The notes beneath the pieces were generated by a model. That model ran no database searches. It was given only the letters and a program-made list of their open reading frames with translations, and was not told the DNA's origin. From the NCBI GenBank assembly GCA_017888105.1, contig JAGHGS010000172.1, positions 1 to 35,452 of the forward strand: a stretch of DNA of 35,452 bases. Reading direction: 5' to 3'. The DNA is from Bacilli bacterium (GTDB taxonomy: Bacteria > Bacillota_I > Bacilli_A > RF39 > UBA660). The position numbers and the translations under genes were made by a program. Of the stretch, positions 1 through 9,352 are shown piece after piece. Positions within the stretch are counted from its first letter, which is position 1, and every line of letters starts with the position of its first letter.

Positions 1-122
1 AACATTATTGTTTCTAAATAAGATTTATCTCCTAATAATTCATCAGGACAATCAAGATATTCTTTTATAACTAAAGGTATTTTATATTCATTTATTAATT
101 GTTTAATATTTAATTCTTTCAT
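1..122 (-). CDS. hypothetical protein, N-terminal part only (continues past window start)
   Basis: ATG at 122..120 follows an AAAGGTGG RBS and the frame is open to position 1. Translation MKELNIKQLINEYKIPLVIKEY... shares its first ~18 residues with the 301..960 product (MEELNIKSLINENMIPRVL), then diverges. Confidence 0.6.
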   Translation of the reverse strand, partial: MKELNIKQLINEYKIPLVIKEYLDCPDELLGDKSYLETIM

Positions 123-142
123 TTTAAACCACCTTTCTATCT

Positions 143-308
143 TTCTAATTCTTTTTCTTCCAACATTTTATAAAACTCTTGTGCAATTTTATCTTGTTCA
201 TATAATAATCTGTTTAAAGTTTTGATAGTCTCATACTTAATTGTCTACCCATTTAAAATATTTTAAGTACTTTAATGCGCGTTTTTAACAAGTTATTTTT
301 TTAAGATA
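143..308 (-). pseudogene. degenerate relic copy of the 3' end of the relaxase gene
   Basis: 143..308 aligns at offset 840 with 983..1150 (last ~55 codons of ORF 977..2440), with scattered substitutions and one indel. The copy is interrupted by stops (LKKNNLLKTRIKVLKIF*). Confidence 0.8.
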
Positions 309-960
309 ATTGTGTTTCATTTTCTGTTTCTTTAATATTTTTTATAAGATCTTCTGTATTAGTGAGTCCCACGAACCATTTGATGATGCCAGCACTATCA
401 TATTTATCAATATAGTCTTGAATAATACTTTCACTATCATATTTGTTAGTATAAATATAAAAATCTTCAATGGTATTATCTATATCTATTAATTCTTGAT
501 TGCTCAAATATTCTTTTAGTTTTTCATTATCGCAAATATTGTCTAAATAGCGAAAAAAAATGTTGGATTCACTAATCAAATACTTTTTAAAATCCGAATC
601 TACAAAACTATTCATTTTAATGGAATTATATTTATTATAATCGTCACTTATTTTCTCTATTATCGAGCCATTATAATCCTTGTTAAAAAGGAATAACCCT
701 AATATATTGAGTTTTTCAGATTTACAATTTCTTTTTTCAACATAATTAATTAAATTTCTAGTATTTATATAAATGTATTCTCCATTATTAAAATCATAAT
801 AGCAAATGTCATTATCACAGTACATTAAATTAGCTTGTAAATGTTGTGTTTCTTTATGAACCACATTATTATTTATAAAATCAAATGTAGGAAAAGCAAT
901 TATTAATACTCGTGGAATCATATTTTCATTTATCAAACTTTTTATATTCAATTCTTCCAA
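301..960 (-). CDS. hypothetical protein (219 aa), TTG start
   Basis: Long ORF with a GAGGTGA RBS 6 nt upstream of TTG at 960. No motif recognised. Confidence 0.6.
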   Translation of the reverse strand: MEELNIKSLINENMIPRVLIIAFPTFDFINNNVVHKETQHLQANLMYCDNDICYYDFNNGEYIYINTRNLINYVEKRNCKSEKLNILGLFLFNKDYNGSIIEKISDDYNKYNSIKMNSFVDSDFKKYLISESNIFFRYLDNICDNEKLKEYLSNQELIDIDNTIEDFYIYTNKYDSESIIQDYIDKYDSAGIIKWFVGLTNTEDLIKNIKETENETQLS

Positions 961-976
961 CCAACATCACCTCTAC

Positions 977-2440
977 TTATTTTTCGTATTCTTTTTCTTC
1001 TAGCATTTTATAAAACTCTTGTGCAATTTTATCCTGTTCATATACTAATCTGTTTAATGTTTTGATAATCTCATATTTAGTTGTATTCCCTTTAAAAACA
1101 TTTTTAAGTATATTACTACGTATTTTTAACAAACTATTTTTTTTAAGATTTTTATAATTTTCTGTATAACTATCATAAGAAATCTCTTGAATTATATCTT
1201 CTAATTTAAAATCGCTTTTTTCCAATTTTTTCTTTCGATAACTATGATTATATAATGCGTGATTGACAATAGCATTCAAAATATAACTATCATTTCTTTC
1301 TAATTTTTGATTAAGCATTTTATTTTCTAATTCATTCTTAAATTCAATTACATTAATATTATTTCTTTTATCAATATCAATTAAAATACCATTAATATCT
1401 CTAACAGTTTCCATTATTTTATTTTGAATCTGTTTAATTTTCGGATCTTTAAAAATTTCCCGCTTAATCTCTTTTGTAATATTTCTAATTTCTATACCTA
1501 ACTCATTACGTGGTAAAGAGTTATACTTAATATATTTTCTATCGGTCCCTCTTATTTGATTTAATAAATATCCAAGTTTTACAATTTTTTCTTCAATTTC
1601 GACATTATGAATGTTTTTTAGAGTAAAATTACAATCATTTGGATTAAAATATTTTTTTAAGTCATCTAAATTTTTTTCTAATTTTTTTAACGCAGGAGTA
1701 TATACTTTTTGCCTTTCTATTGTTAGTACTGCCTGTCTTTTTAAAAAATTTCTTTCTTCACCGGTTATTTTTAATTTTCTTCTATAAGATAAATTACCAT
1801 TTTTACTTTTATAGCATGGATTCTTTTCTACCCATGAAATATGATAGTGATAATTATTTTCATTATCAGTATGTAGTGCCACAACCCATTCTAAACTTTT
1901 CTTTGGATTATCATATCCACAATATTTCAAAAATTTGGGCATAACGTCCACGGCAATCTTTTTTTGTAGATCTTTTGCATTGATATTTCGATCAATATAT
2001 TCCCGATAAAAAGATAAAACTGATAATTGTATGTTACTATTTTCTATATAATTGCTCCATCTTTTCTGTAATTTTGGAACGTCTTTATCTAACAAAAAAG
2101 AGCCATCTTTTAAGATAGCCATTTGTTCTCTTTTCATTTGATTTGTATACATTGTTTCTTTACTTTTCTTACTTCCCAAAAAATACTGGAACATACCATT
2201 TTCATTATTATGTAAATAATCAAAAATTGACACATAACTTTTTTCTTCATTTCTACTATAATCAAAAAATCCTATTATGTATTGTTTAATTTTTTGACGG
2301 TATTCTTCTTTTGTTGTACATTGTATAAATGTCCATTTATTGGAATTTTTAGCTTTATGATAAATTCTCAAATTATTATCAGGATTATTTACTGCATAAT
2401 AAGGATGAGTAATAAAAATCGTTTTAGAATCATTAAACAT
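977..2440 (-). CDS. conjugative relaxase / mobilisation nuclease
   Basis: 487-aa ORF with the His-triad motif HTDNENNYHYHISW (HxDxxxxxHxH, relaxase motif III type). Its start overlaps an RHH gene, and it has a long coiled-coil-like C-terminus. Confidence 0.65.
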   Translation of the reverse strand: MFNDSKTIFITHPYYAVNNPDNNLRIYHKAKNSNKWTFIQCTTKEEYRQKIKQYIIGFFDYSRNEEKSYVSIFDYLHNNENGMFQYFLGSKKSKETMYTNQMKREQMAILKDGSFLLDKDVPKLQKRWSNYIENSNIQLSVLSFYREYIDRNINAKDLQKKIAVDVMPKFLKYCGYDNPKKSLEWVVALHTDNENNYHYHISWVEKNPCYKSKNGNLSYRRKLKITGEERNFLKRQAVLTIERQKVYTPALKKLEKNLDDLKKYFNPNDCNFTLKNIHNVEIEEKIVKLGYLLNQIRGTDRKYIKYNSLPRNELGIEIRNITKEIKREIFKDPKIKQIQNKIMETVRDINGILIDIDKRNNINVIEFKNELENKMLNQKLERNDSYILNAIVNHALYNHSYRKKKLEKSDFKLEDIIQEISYDSYTENYKNLKKNSLLKIRSNILKNVFKGNTTKYEIIKTLNRLVYEQDKIAQEFYKMLEEKEYEK

Positions 2441-2663
2441 TTCTTTTTTCCAATAATTGGATTAAATTATCTATTTTGGGCAATAAATTATCTATTAGCT
2501 GTTTTAATTCTAAATCCTCGTTAAATTTTAATATGCCTAATTCTAAAAGTTCAATGATTAGATCATTCTTATAAGTATACGAATATTTACTTGCCATATC
2601 ATTTATTCGCTTGTTCAAATCATTAGATATACTTATACTTCTCCTAATAAATTCTTTTGACAT
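2433..2663 (-). CDS. ribbon-helix-helix relaxosome accessory protein (MobC-like role)
   Basis: 76 aa. The N-terminal RRSISISNDLNKRINDMA fits an RHH strand-helix pattern, and the stop overlaps the relaxase start by 8 nt. Confidence 0.5.
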   Translation of the reverse strand: MSKEFIRRSISISNDLNKRINDMASKYSYTYKNDLIIELLELGILKFNEDLELKQLIDNLLPKIDNLIQLLEKRNV

Positions 2664-2692
2664 AAAAACCCCACATCTTTTTATATGAAATA

Positions 2693-3682
2693 TTATATAT
2701 TCATGGTGTTTTCTTCTATTTCATAATCTTGGTATAAATCTATTAGATTAGTGTATCCTTCAATATATAAATAATCATTTAATATTATTCCATACCGTTG
2801 ACAAAGTTGTTCTAGCTTTTGTTTACTTTTATCTTTTGATCTTCTGAATTCTTGACTAATTGTATTCGTTATCTTATCAGCTTTATCTAATTCTAATCTT
2901 TCAAAATTACGATCGTCATTAAATAATGTTATTAAATCTCCATAACCCAAAACAAGATATTCCCCAGTATCTATTTCCAAAACTTCTTCTAATCCGTACT
3001 TCTTTACCTCTTTTTTTAAGAAATCAATATCATCTTTAGAATATTCTTCATTATAAAAATCATTCCATCCTTCATAATCAATATGACACATTTCACTATC
3101 ACTGCTATAAACCCCGTCATATACATCCTGCAATATTTTAGAACAGTTTGATACTTTAGGAAGTTTTGTGTATTGTTCAAAATTCTTATACATTAAATTT
3201 TTGATTTTAGTTACCAAATAGATACTTTTGCCATTGTTTTCTATTTCAAAACTATCAGCAATGTTAGCTACTGGAATATTGTGTTGGTATAAAATTGCAT
3301 TAACACCAAAATCTCCAAAATCTCTAGACCAAATAGCTATAATTTCAACTTCTCTATTATTGTTTTCATAGCCATCCCAAGTCCATCCAAGAGAGCCAAA
3401 ATCATACAATTCTTTTTCACCATCGATAGTATCTATAATCTTTTTTTTCACAATTTCTGTACTTATTTCATTATCACTTTCAGTTATTTTACAAATAAAA
3501 CAATCCTTATATTTATCATAAGTTATTTCATATCCTAAACTACTAAAATCATGAGCAATTAGTATTGCATTTACTTTATCAAAATATGGCATTGCCCAAC
3601 CATTCCAACTCTGATTTTTATTATAATATCCTTCATAATAGTCTGAATCTTCTATACAAAAAAAACCTTTTTCTATATTCAT
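2693..3682 (-). CDS. hypothetical protein (329 aa)
   Basis: Long ORF with a GGGGGG-type RBS upstream of ATG at 3682. No motif recognised. Confidence 0.55.
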   Translation of the reverse strand: MNIEKGFFCIEDSDYYEGYYNKNQSWNGWAMPYFDKVNAILIAHDFSSLGYEITYDKYKDCFICKITESDNEISTEIVKKKIIDTIDGEKELYDFGSLGWTWDGYENNNREVEIIAIWSRDFGDFGVNAILYQHNIPVANIADSFEIENNGKSIYLVTKIKNLMYKNFEQYTKLPKVSNCSKILQDVYDGVYSSDSEMCHIDYEGWNDFYNEEYSKDDIDFLKKEVKKYGLEEVLEIDTGEYLVLGYGDLITLFNDDRNFERLELDKADKITNTISQEFRRSKDKSKQKLEQLCQRYGIILNDYLYIEGYTNLIDLYQDYEIEENTMNI

Positions 3683-3727
3683 TTTACCCCCCTTTTTATT
3701 TTTAATATATAAATTAAGTTCAATACA

Positions 3728-3880
3728 TTACTTAGTATTTCTTTTATTATCTAACTCTATAAAAATTAAAAAGAGTAACCCAACTGTTACTATTTCAAAA
3801 AGAGAACTACCTTCTAAAATCAATCCCATTAAACTAAATATTAGCAATAAAATCATAAAAATCTTTTCCAATATTTCCAC
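3728..3880 (-). CDS. possible small hydrophobic membrane peptide (42-50 aa depending on start)
   Basis: Not in the supplied ORF track. Minus-strand frame reads (V)EILEKIFMILLLIFSLMGLILEGSSLFEIVTVGLLFLIFIELDNKRNTK*. GGCGGGTGG lies just upstream of an in-frame TTG (3871). It sits in an otherwise empty 328-nt gap. Confidence 0.3.
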   Translation of the reverse strand: MEILEKIFMILLLIFSLMGLILEGSSLFEIVTVGLLFLIFIELDNKRNTK

Positions 3881-4010
3881 CCGCCTTTTCTTTATTTTGT
3901 GATATCTATTTTAAATAATTTTATTATAAATTTTTAATATATTAATTATATTGAATTTCAAGAACTCTAGTAAGATATACTAACGTTTCTGATAATTTAT
4001 TTGAATGTTC

Positions 4011-4328
4011 TTAAAAATCTACGTACTTTTTAAAATTTTTATCATAAAACTCACGTAGCAAGAGATTATCCTCTAATTTTTCATTCATAGGGAATCCCAA
4101 ATTTGCATATATTTGTTCTAACAATTTTTTATTAATATTTTCTCTATATAACAAACGATTTAACTTATTATTTATATCTGAAAAAAGAAGCATTATTTCA
4201 TTTGATTCACTTGCTTCTTTAATACATTTTTTTATAGCTGCACTTTTTGTAGATAATTTATTTTTTTTCATATATTCTTTTATCTGTTGTTCTAAGTTTT
4301 GATCTGCAACTATAGTATACCTTGTCAT
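4011..4328 (-). CDS. small RHH-like DNA-binding protein
   Basis: 105 aa. The N-terminus MTRYTIVADQNLEQQIKEYMKKNKLSTKSAAIKKCIKEA fits a ribbon-helix-helix pattern. It lies directly downstream of the ART-like gene. Confidence 0.4.
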   Translation of the reverse strand: MTRYTIVADQNLEQQIKEYMKKNKLSTKSAAIKKCIKEASESNEIMLLFSDINNKLNRLLYRENINKKLLEQIYANLGFPMNEKLEDNLLLREFYDKNFKKYVDF

Positions 4329-4419
4329 TTATCCTCACCCCTTTTTAATAAAATCAAAAATTATCATTCTTTATTTTTTAGTTATAAAATATATCTAAAG
4401 TTTAAAAATGGTACTTTCT

Positions 4420-5250
4420 TCAAGTACCACTTATTTTTACTAAAAGATCATACACTTTTATACATTCACCTGATGGAAAATCTATAACATAGTTTGATTT
4501 ATATTTTCCTCTAGTAGCATATGAATTAAATATTTCAGAAATCAATTCTTGTGTTGGCATTATGCCAATATTAGCTAAAGATTGCACAACATATCTAGTT
4601 GCATTTATAACATAATCGTAATTAACAATTGCAACCGGATGATAATCTAAAGAACTAAAGTCAATATCTTTATCTATTTCATCTTTTGAAAGCTCTACAA
4701 GTTGGAATATTTTTTGTGGATTAATAATTGCTTCTTTTTCAAAGCAAGCTGTTTTATCCAAATAACAAATAATATCTTCTTTTTTTATTTTCGCTTTAAA
4801 TACCGTTCCCTTAGAACCATATTTTTTATAGAACCATATTGCCCTTTTTCTATCAATAGTCCATGATATAGCATTCGAATCACCATTTTCATTTGTACCA
4901 CGATAAATAGTTACTTCATTTGGAAATTTTAAAAATCTTCTATAATCTGCACCCATTATTTTTTTAGGATCAGCCATTTTAAATAAATCCAAAATTTCCT
5001 CTAATGATAATTTACTTTCTTTTGAATTAACGCCTAAAGTTTTTGTGTAAGCATATTTAAGACCGCGACAATAATCATCTGGTGATAATAATTGACTTAT
5101 TTGTTTAAAAATATACAATCTATACTCAGGCAATAATACCTGTATTATGGTATGCAAATCCGCTGATTCAAGTAAAGCAAGAGTATTACCTAGATAATTA
5201 CTATATTTCTTTTTTAATAAATAAACAATCGAATCATACTTATAATTCAT
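4420..5250 (-). CDS. putative ADP-ribosyltransferase-like protein (R-S-E type, polyvalent-protein ART-like)
   Basis: The C-terminal half reads ...VTIYRGTNENGDSNAISWTIDRKRAIWFYKK...VFKAKIKKEDIICYLDKTACFEKEAII. YRG, S-x-T and E-x-E appear in the order expected for R-S-E ARTs. Spacing is shorter than in the C3/iota toxins. Confidence 0.4.
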   Translation of the reverse strand: MNYKYDSIVYLLKKKYSNYLGNTLALLESADLHTIIQVLLPEYRLYIFKQISQLLSPDDYCRGLKYAYTKTLGVNSKESKLSLEEILDLFKMADPKKIMGADYRRFLKFPNEVTIYRGTNENGDSNAISWTIDRKRAIWFYKKYGSKGTVFKAKIKKEDIICYLDKTACFEKEAIINPQKIFQLVELSKDEIDKDIDFSSLDYHPVAIVNYDYVINATRYVVQSLANIGIMPTQELISEIFNSYATRGKYKSNYVIDFPSGECIKVYDLLVKISGT

Positions 5251-5308
5251 GTTATACCACCCACTGACATCAAGATAGTATTATACAGTAGGTTTTTAAA
5301 ATATGCAA

Positions 5309-5611
5309 TTAAATATTAATTTCTAATTCTTCTTTTCGATTATAATATTCAGATACAATTCTTTTAAAAGAATTATATTGAAAATCATCTTTCATTTCAT
5401 TAGAGATATAATCAACTATTTCATTTACTTGTTTCTGTGTTAAAACCTGATTGTAAACTTCTTCTAATTCTTTTTGCTGTTTCTCTGTTCCTAGAGATAA
5501 TTGCAAAGGAGTATCGCTAAGATACTTTTTTTCAACTAAACAATGAGCTAACGACTCTCTATATTCACCATCTAAAGAAAGTAAACTTTCTTCAAGCATA
5601 CTTATTGTCAT
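5309..5611 (-). CDS. hypothetical protein (100 aa)
   Basis: ORF with a GGAAGGAGGA RBS upstream of ATG at 5611. Confidence 0.5.
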   Translation of the reverse strand: MTISMLEESLLSLDGEYRESLAHCLVEKKYLSDTPLQLSLGTEKQQKELEEVYNQVLTQKQVNEIVDYISNEMKDDFQYNSFKRIVSEYYNRKEELEINI

Positions 5612-5689
5612 AATCTTGTCCTCCTTCCCATTTATTTCTATAATTTCCCTTATTTTTACAACTTTAAAAATTAAACAGGATATGGTGTT

Positions 5690-5751
5690 TGCACCAGTTA
5701 AAAGAACAAACCCTTATTTTATAAGGCTTTTTCTTTTATTTTACTGGTGCA
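5690..5751. repeat. nested inverted repeat (candidate oriT / ssi / terminator)
   Basis: TGCACCAGTTAAAA (5690..5703) pairs with TTTTACTGGTGCA (5739..5751, one indel). An inner CCTTAT/ATAAGG hairpin is followed on the minus strand by a T-rich run. A second IR, AAAATACATA/TATGTATTTT, lies at 5772..5808. Confidence 0.6.
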
Positions 5752-5865
5752 ATTCTATTTTTGCACTCGCAAAAATACATACTTTTTACATATAAAAATA
5801 TGTATTTTATTTTAAAAAACCAGGTAAACTCTAGCTTAATTGGTAAGTATTTATTTTTAAAGTTG

Positions 5866-6327
5866 CTAATTTTCATTATTCTTATTTATTTGTAACATTT
5901 TTTCTTGTGTATTTAAATTAACATCTCTTTTTGTGCTTATTTTTTGCTTTTTTTCAATATATTCATTCATACAGCCAATAATCTCTAAGAAAATGGTTTG
6001 TAAATTATTTTCTTTTTCTATCTCTTTAATTACTTTTTTTGGATTAAAATTTTTAGCAATTCGATTATCAGAATATTGATAATTCATACTGATTAGATTC
6101 ATATCATTATCATAATTAATTTGAATATCATTTATTTTATTTTTATAGTTAGAGATATTAAAAACAATCTCTTTAATATAATCCGAATCTAAATAATTTA
6201 TATTAAAATCAACCCCATATTTATTTTTTATTTCTACCATTTTTTGTTGATAATCAAATCTTGCTTTTTGCTGTTCCTTCATTTTTTCTTTGATTAAATT
6301 TTGACTATCATAATACAATATCCTCAC
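5866..6327 (-). CDS. hypothetical protein (153 aa)
   Basis: ORF whose start overlaps the primase stop. Lys/Asn-rich, no motif recognised. Confidence 0.5.
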   Translation of the reverse strand: MRILYYDSQNLIKEKMKEQQKARFDYQQKMVEIKNKYGVDFNINYLDSDYIKEIVFNISNYKNKINDIQINYDNDMNLISMNYQYSDNRIAKNFNPKKVIKEIEKENNLQTIFLEIIGCMNEYIEKKQKISTKRDVNLNTQEKMLQINKNNEN

Positions 6328-7261
6328 CCTCTTTTTCAGTTCTTAAATAATTGTCGTATTTATAAAGAGCATTAATGTATTGAAAACTCTCTTTTAATTT
6401 TTTCTTATTTTTCACTAAGGCCTCATTAATATCTTTTGCATTATCTACAAATGCAGATAAATTACAATCATAAGACTTAACTCCTAAACAAGATAATTTT
6501 TCCTTCAATTCTTTACTCGCTTTTATCCCTGACTCATCATTATCAAACGTAATAACAATTGCACCTTTATAATTACTCTTCTTTATCGCTTGAATCAATG
6601 AATTGATATTCCCTACTCCATTAATACTTGTTGTTTTAACCTTATTATCGACCATTTCTAATGATAAAGAATCAATAATACCTTCAGTTACATAAATCAG
6701 ATCTTCCTTACTACCATTTAAAAAATAGTGCTTATTCCATATATCACTATTTCCCTTACTTTTTAATTTAAGATCATTATTTACTGAACGAGCATAATAA
6801 CAATATTTATTAATAGGAAAGATAACTAATTGCCTTTCGTTATCATAACCAATTTTATATTTATCAATTAGTTCTTGTGATATTCCTCTTTGTAATAAAT
6901 AATTTGTTTCATGAATATTTTTAATACACTTATTAAAATAATTGGTATAATCATACTTAATTATTTTTTGATTAAATTCTGATTTTTCTGGGACATAATT
7001 TAAAAACAATTCTTCAACCTTTTTTATTTGCTCTTGAAAAGAAGATAAATGAAAATCTAATTTTACTAATGAAAATATATCGTAGTGTACTCCACATGCA
7101 AAACATTTACATATATTATATTTGGGTGTATAGATCATACTAGGATGTTCATCCCCATGTTCGGGGTTTAAACATCGAAAAAATTTTTTTGGATTTGTTA
7201 TTCCATGATATTTTTTTAAATAATCAGGTAAATATTTTCTATATTCATTTATATCTTTCAT
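6308..7261 (-). CDS. DNA primase (CHC2 zinc finger + Toprim)
   Basis: Zinc-finger motif CLNPEHGDEHPSMIYTPKYNICKCFACGVHYDIF, plus Toprim motifs VTEGIIDSLSL and TFDNDESG. Confidence 0.8.
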   Translation of the reverse strand: MKDINEYRKYLPDYLKKYHGITNPKKFFRCLNPEHGDEHPSMIYTPKYNICKCFACGVHYDIFSLVKLDFHLSSFQEQIKKVEELFLNYVPEKSEFNQKIIKYDYTNYFNKCIKNIHETNYLLQRGISQELIDKYKIGYDNERQLVIFPINKYCYYARSVNNDLKLKSKGNSDIWNKHYFLNGSKEDLIYVTEGIIDSLSLEMVDNKVKTTSINGVGNINSLIQAIKKSNYKGAIVITFDNDESGIKASKELKEKLSCLGVKSYDCNLSAFVDNAKDINEALVKNKKKLKESFQYINALYKYDNYLRTEKEGEDIVL

Positions 7262-8199
7262 AATGTATATTCTTTTTTTAACGAATTTTCATAATTTCGA
7301 TCAACATAGATTGGTTTATTTCTATATTCTATTTTGTAAATATCATTAAAATTAAAATCCGTATATTTTCCAAATTGCTTTTCATATTCCCTACGATCAG
7401 AAGCTGACATATTATAAGTAGAAATATAAGAATTAGATACACTATTCATCAATGATGTTTTATCATATTTAAAATCAAATGCTATATCATTTTTATAAAT
7501 ATATACATGTACCGTTGAAGCAGCAATTTTTTCCAAAGATATTCTTATTTCTCGCGCCTTATGTAGTGGATGATTTTTATTATTAAGAATTGAAGTTAAA
7601 TATTCATTCTTAACATCGTTATCTTTTAGATTTTCACCTATATACTTTTTATTTTTTTGAATGTAATCAAATGCCCAATCAAAAACATATTCTTCATGGT
7701 CTAAATATTTTAAAATATCTTCGTTTGATATTTTAGATATATTAGTATTGTATTTGTAATTCGTTTTTCCTCTTATAAAATCAGATTCAATATCACTAAC
7801 GTCAACATATCCTTTATAATCATTGACCGCTTTATAAAATTCTTCTTTATTTTGATATACGTAATCATTAATACAAGTATTTAACTTGGAAATTAATCCC
7901 AATTCTAACTCTGACAGATCTTTGAATATTTTATCATCCCAAGAAAGTTTTAAAGCATTTTTTAAATTATAATCTATAGCAAATAAAACATTTTTTTCTT
8001 TATCATATATTCCAGCATATTTTAAACTGCTACCAATACCAACATAACTAAGATAATTCCCATAGATTAAATCTAAATTTTCTGAATATGGATATTTAAT
8101 AAATATATAATCTGAATCATAAAAGATCATATTATCAGATTTAAGCCATTGAAATATTTTGCTATTGTATACTTCTGATTCTAATTTATCTCTCATCAT
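7258..8199 (-). CDS. hypothetical protein (313 aa)
   Basis: Long ORF with a 4-nt overlap with the primase start. No motif recognised. Confidence 0.5.
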   Translation of the reverse strand: MMRDKLESEVYNSKIFQWLKSDNMIFYDSDYIFIKYPYSENLDLIYGNYLSYVGIGSSLKYAGIYDKEKNVLFAIDYNLKNALKLSWDDKIFKDLSELELGLISKLNTCINDYVYQNKEEFYKAVNDYKGYVDVSDIESDFIRGKTNYKYNTNISKISNEDILKYLDHEEYVFDWAFDYIQKNKKYIGENLKDNDVKNEYLTSILNNKNHPLHKAREIRISLEKIAASTVHVYIYKNDIAFDFKYDKTSLMNSVSNSYISTYNMSASDRREYEKQFGKYTDFNFNDIYKIEYRNKPIYVDRNYENSLKKEYTL

Positions 8200-8220
8200 A
8201 CTCCTCCTTTCAATAATTAA

Positions 8221-8622
8221 TTACCAAATGGTACTATAGCATATTGGCAAGAAAAAAAAGAAAATTAATATCATTAGAACAGCAACAACTATAAAAAGAC
8301 AAAAGTTGATGTCATCATTTTTATACTCAAAATTATTAAATGTTCTATTATAACTATTTAAACCATACCCATCACTAATTTTATTATCATTTACACTATC
8401 TTCTAAATGGTAAACTTTTAACTTATTTAAAGAATCTGCTAAATCATTAAAACCTTTTAATCTTAATTTTTCAATATTATCTAAATCTTTTTCGTTTATA
8501 TAAAGATCATCATTTATTTGTATAATTGAAAATCTATAATTTCTTATTTCTTTTAAACTTAAAACAATTTTATCTTTCATTTCTACCTCCAAACTAAAAA
8601 TTATATTCTTTGTTTTCGTCAA
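8221..8622 (-). CDS. hypothetical protein with C-terminal transmembrane anchor
   Basis: 133 aa with a hydrophobic C-terminal stretch FCLFIVVAVLMILIFFFFLPICY. Confidence 0.5.
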   Translation of the reverse strand: MTKTKNIIFSLEVEMKDKIVLSLKEIRNYRFSIIQINDDLYINEKDLDNIEKLRLKGFNDLADSLNKLKVYHLEDSVNDNKISDGYGLNSYNRTFNNFEYKNDDINFCLFIVVAVLMILIFFFFLPICYSTIW

Positions 8623-9352
8623 CTACATATTCCACAGAATTATTATTTAATTCTATATTATTATTTGGCATATGTCTTGTAATTGTATGACTATCTTCCT
8701 TTTCAATAGTACTAATGATTTGGTTCGCAATGCTAGATGAAAAAAATAATTCATTATTATTCATAACAGAGTTTTTATAAATATCATTCAATCTATGGAC
8801 TAAATTAGTATCTATATCTCTTGGATTATCTATTAAATTGCAAAAATGAATTGCTATAGCTCTAAAAATAGTTTCATTATCTTTTTGAGCTAAATAATTT
8901 ACTAAACTTCTAGTAATGTCTTTTTCATTTGTCATTGGTTCTATAACTAGTTCACTTTCATTCAATTTTTTAAGAAATTCATAATGTGGAAGTGGACATG
9001 TATCAACTAAACTATTTTTAAACTCTTCTGTACTATACAAATAATTTGCAAATCGATCAAAATCTTCTAAATCATTACAATGTATATGTACTTCCTCTGT
9101 ATAAACTTCAGCTTTATTGCTAGCCCTATCATAATAACTGACTTTAACATCTGGATTTGAAAAACATATAGACTGATTATTTTTATCAATCATAATAGTC
9201 CTCATATCTTTGCTTTCATAATATTCATCTAAAATATTCATGAAATCCAAATTATTATTAATGTAAGTAGTATATTTATTACTATACTCATTATTGTTAT
9301 TTAATAACAGAATAACTAGTTGACAGTTAATTTTATAGTTGTTCATAGACAT
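8594..9352 (-). CDS. hypothetical protein (252 aa)
   Basis: Long ORF overlapping its neighbours on the same strand. Confidence 0.5.
   Translation of the reverse strand: MSMNNYKINCQLVILLLNNNNEYSNKYTTYINNNLDFMNILDEYYESKDMRTIMIDKNNQSICFSNPDVKVSYYDRASNKAEVYTEEVHIHCNDLEDFDRFANYLYSTEEFKNSLVDTCPLPHYEFLKKLNESELVIEPMTNEKDITRSLVNYLAQKDNETIFRAIAIHFCNLIDNPRDIDTNLVHRLNDIYKNSVMNNNELFFSSSIANQIISTIEKEDSHTITRHMPNNNIELNNNSVEYVVDENKEYNF

Noticed and set aside
310-492. Plus-strand ORFs from the track (310..492, 1720..1944, 2282..2524, 4299..4487, 11591..11773, 15007..15216, 16861..17208, 34851..35063)
   Set aside because: All lie entirely inside or antisense to much longer minus-strand genes with recognisable motifs. 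They have low-complexity Phe/Ile/Leu-rich translations typical of shadow frames in AT-rich DNA, and none has an RBS.
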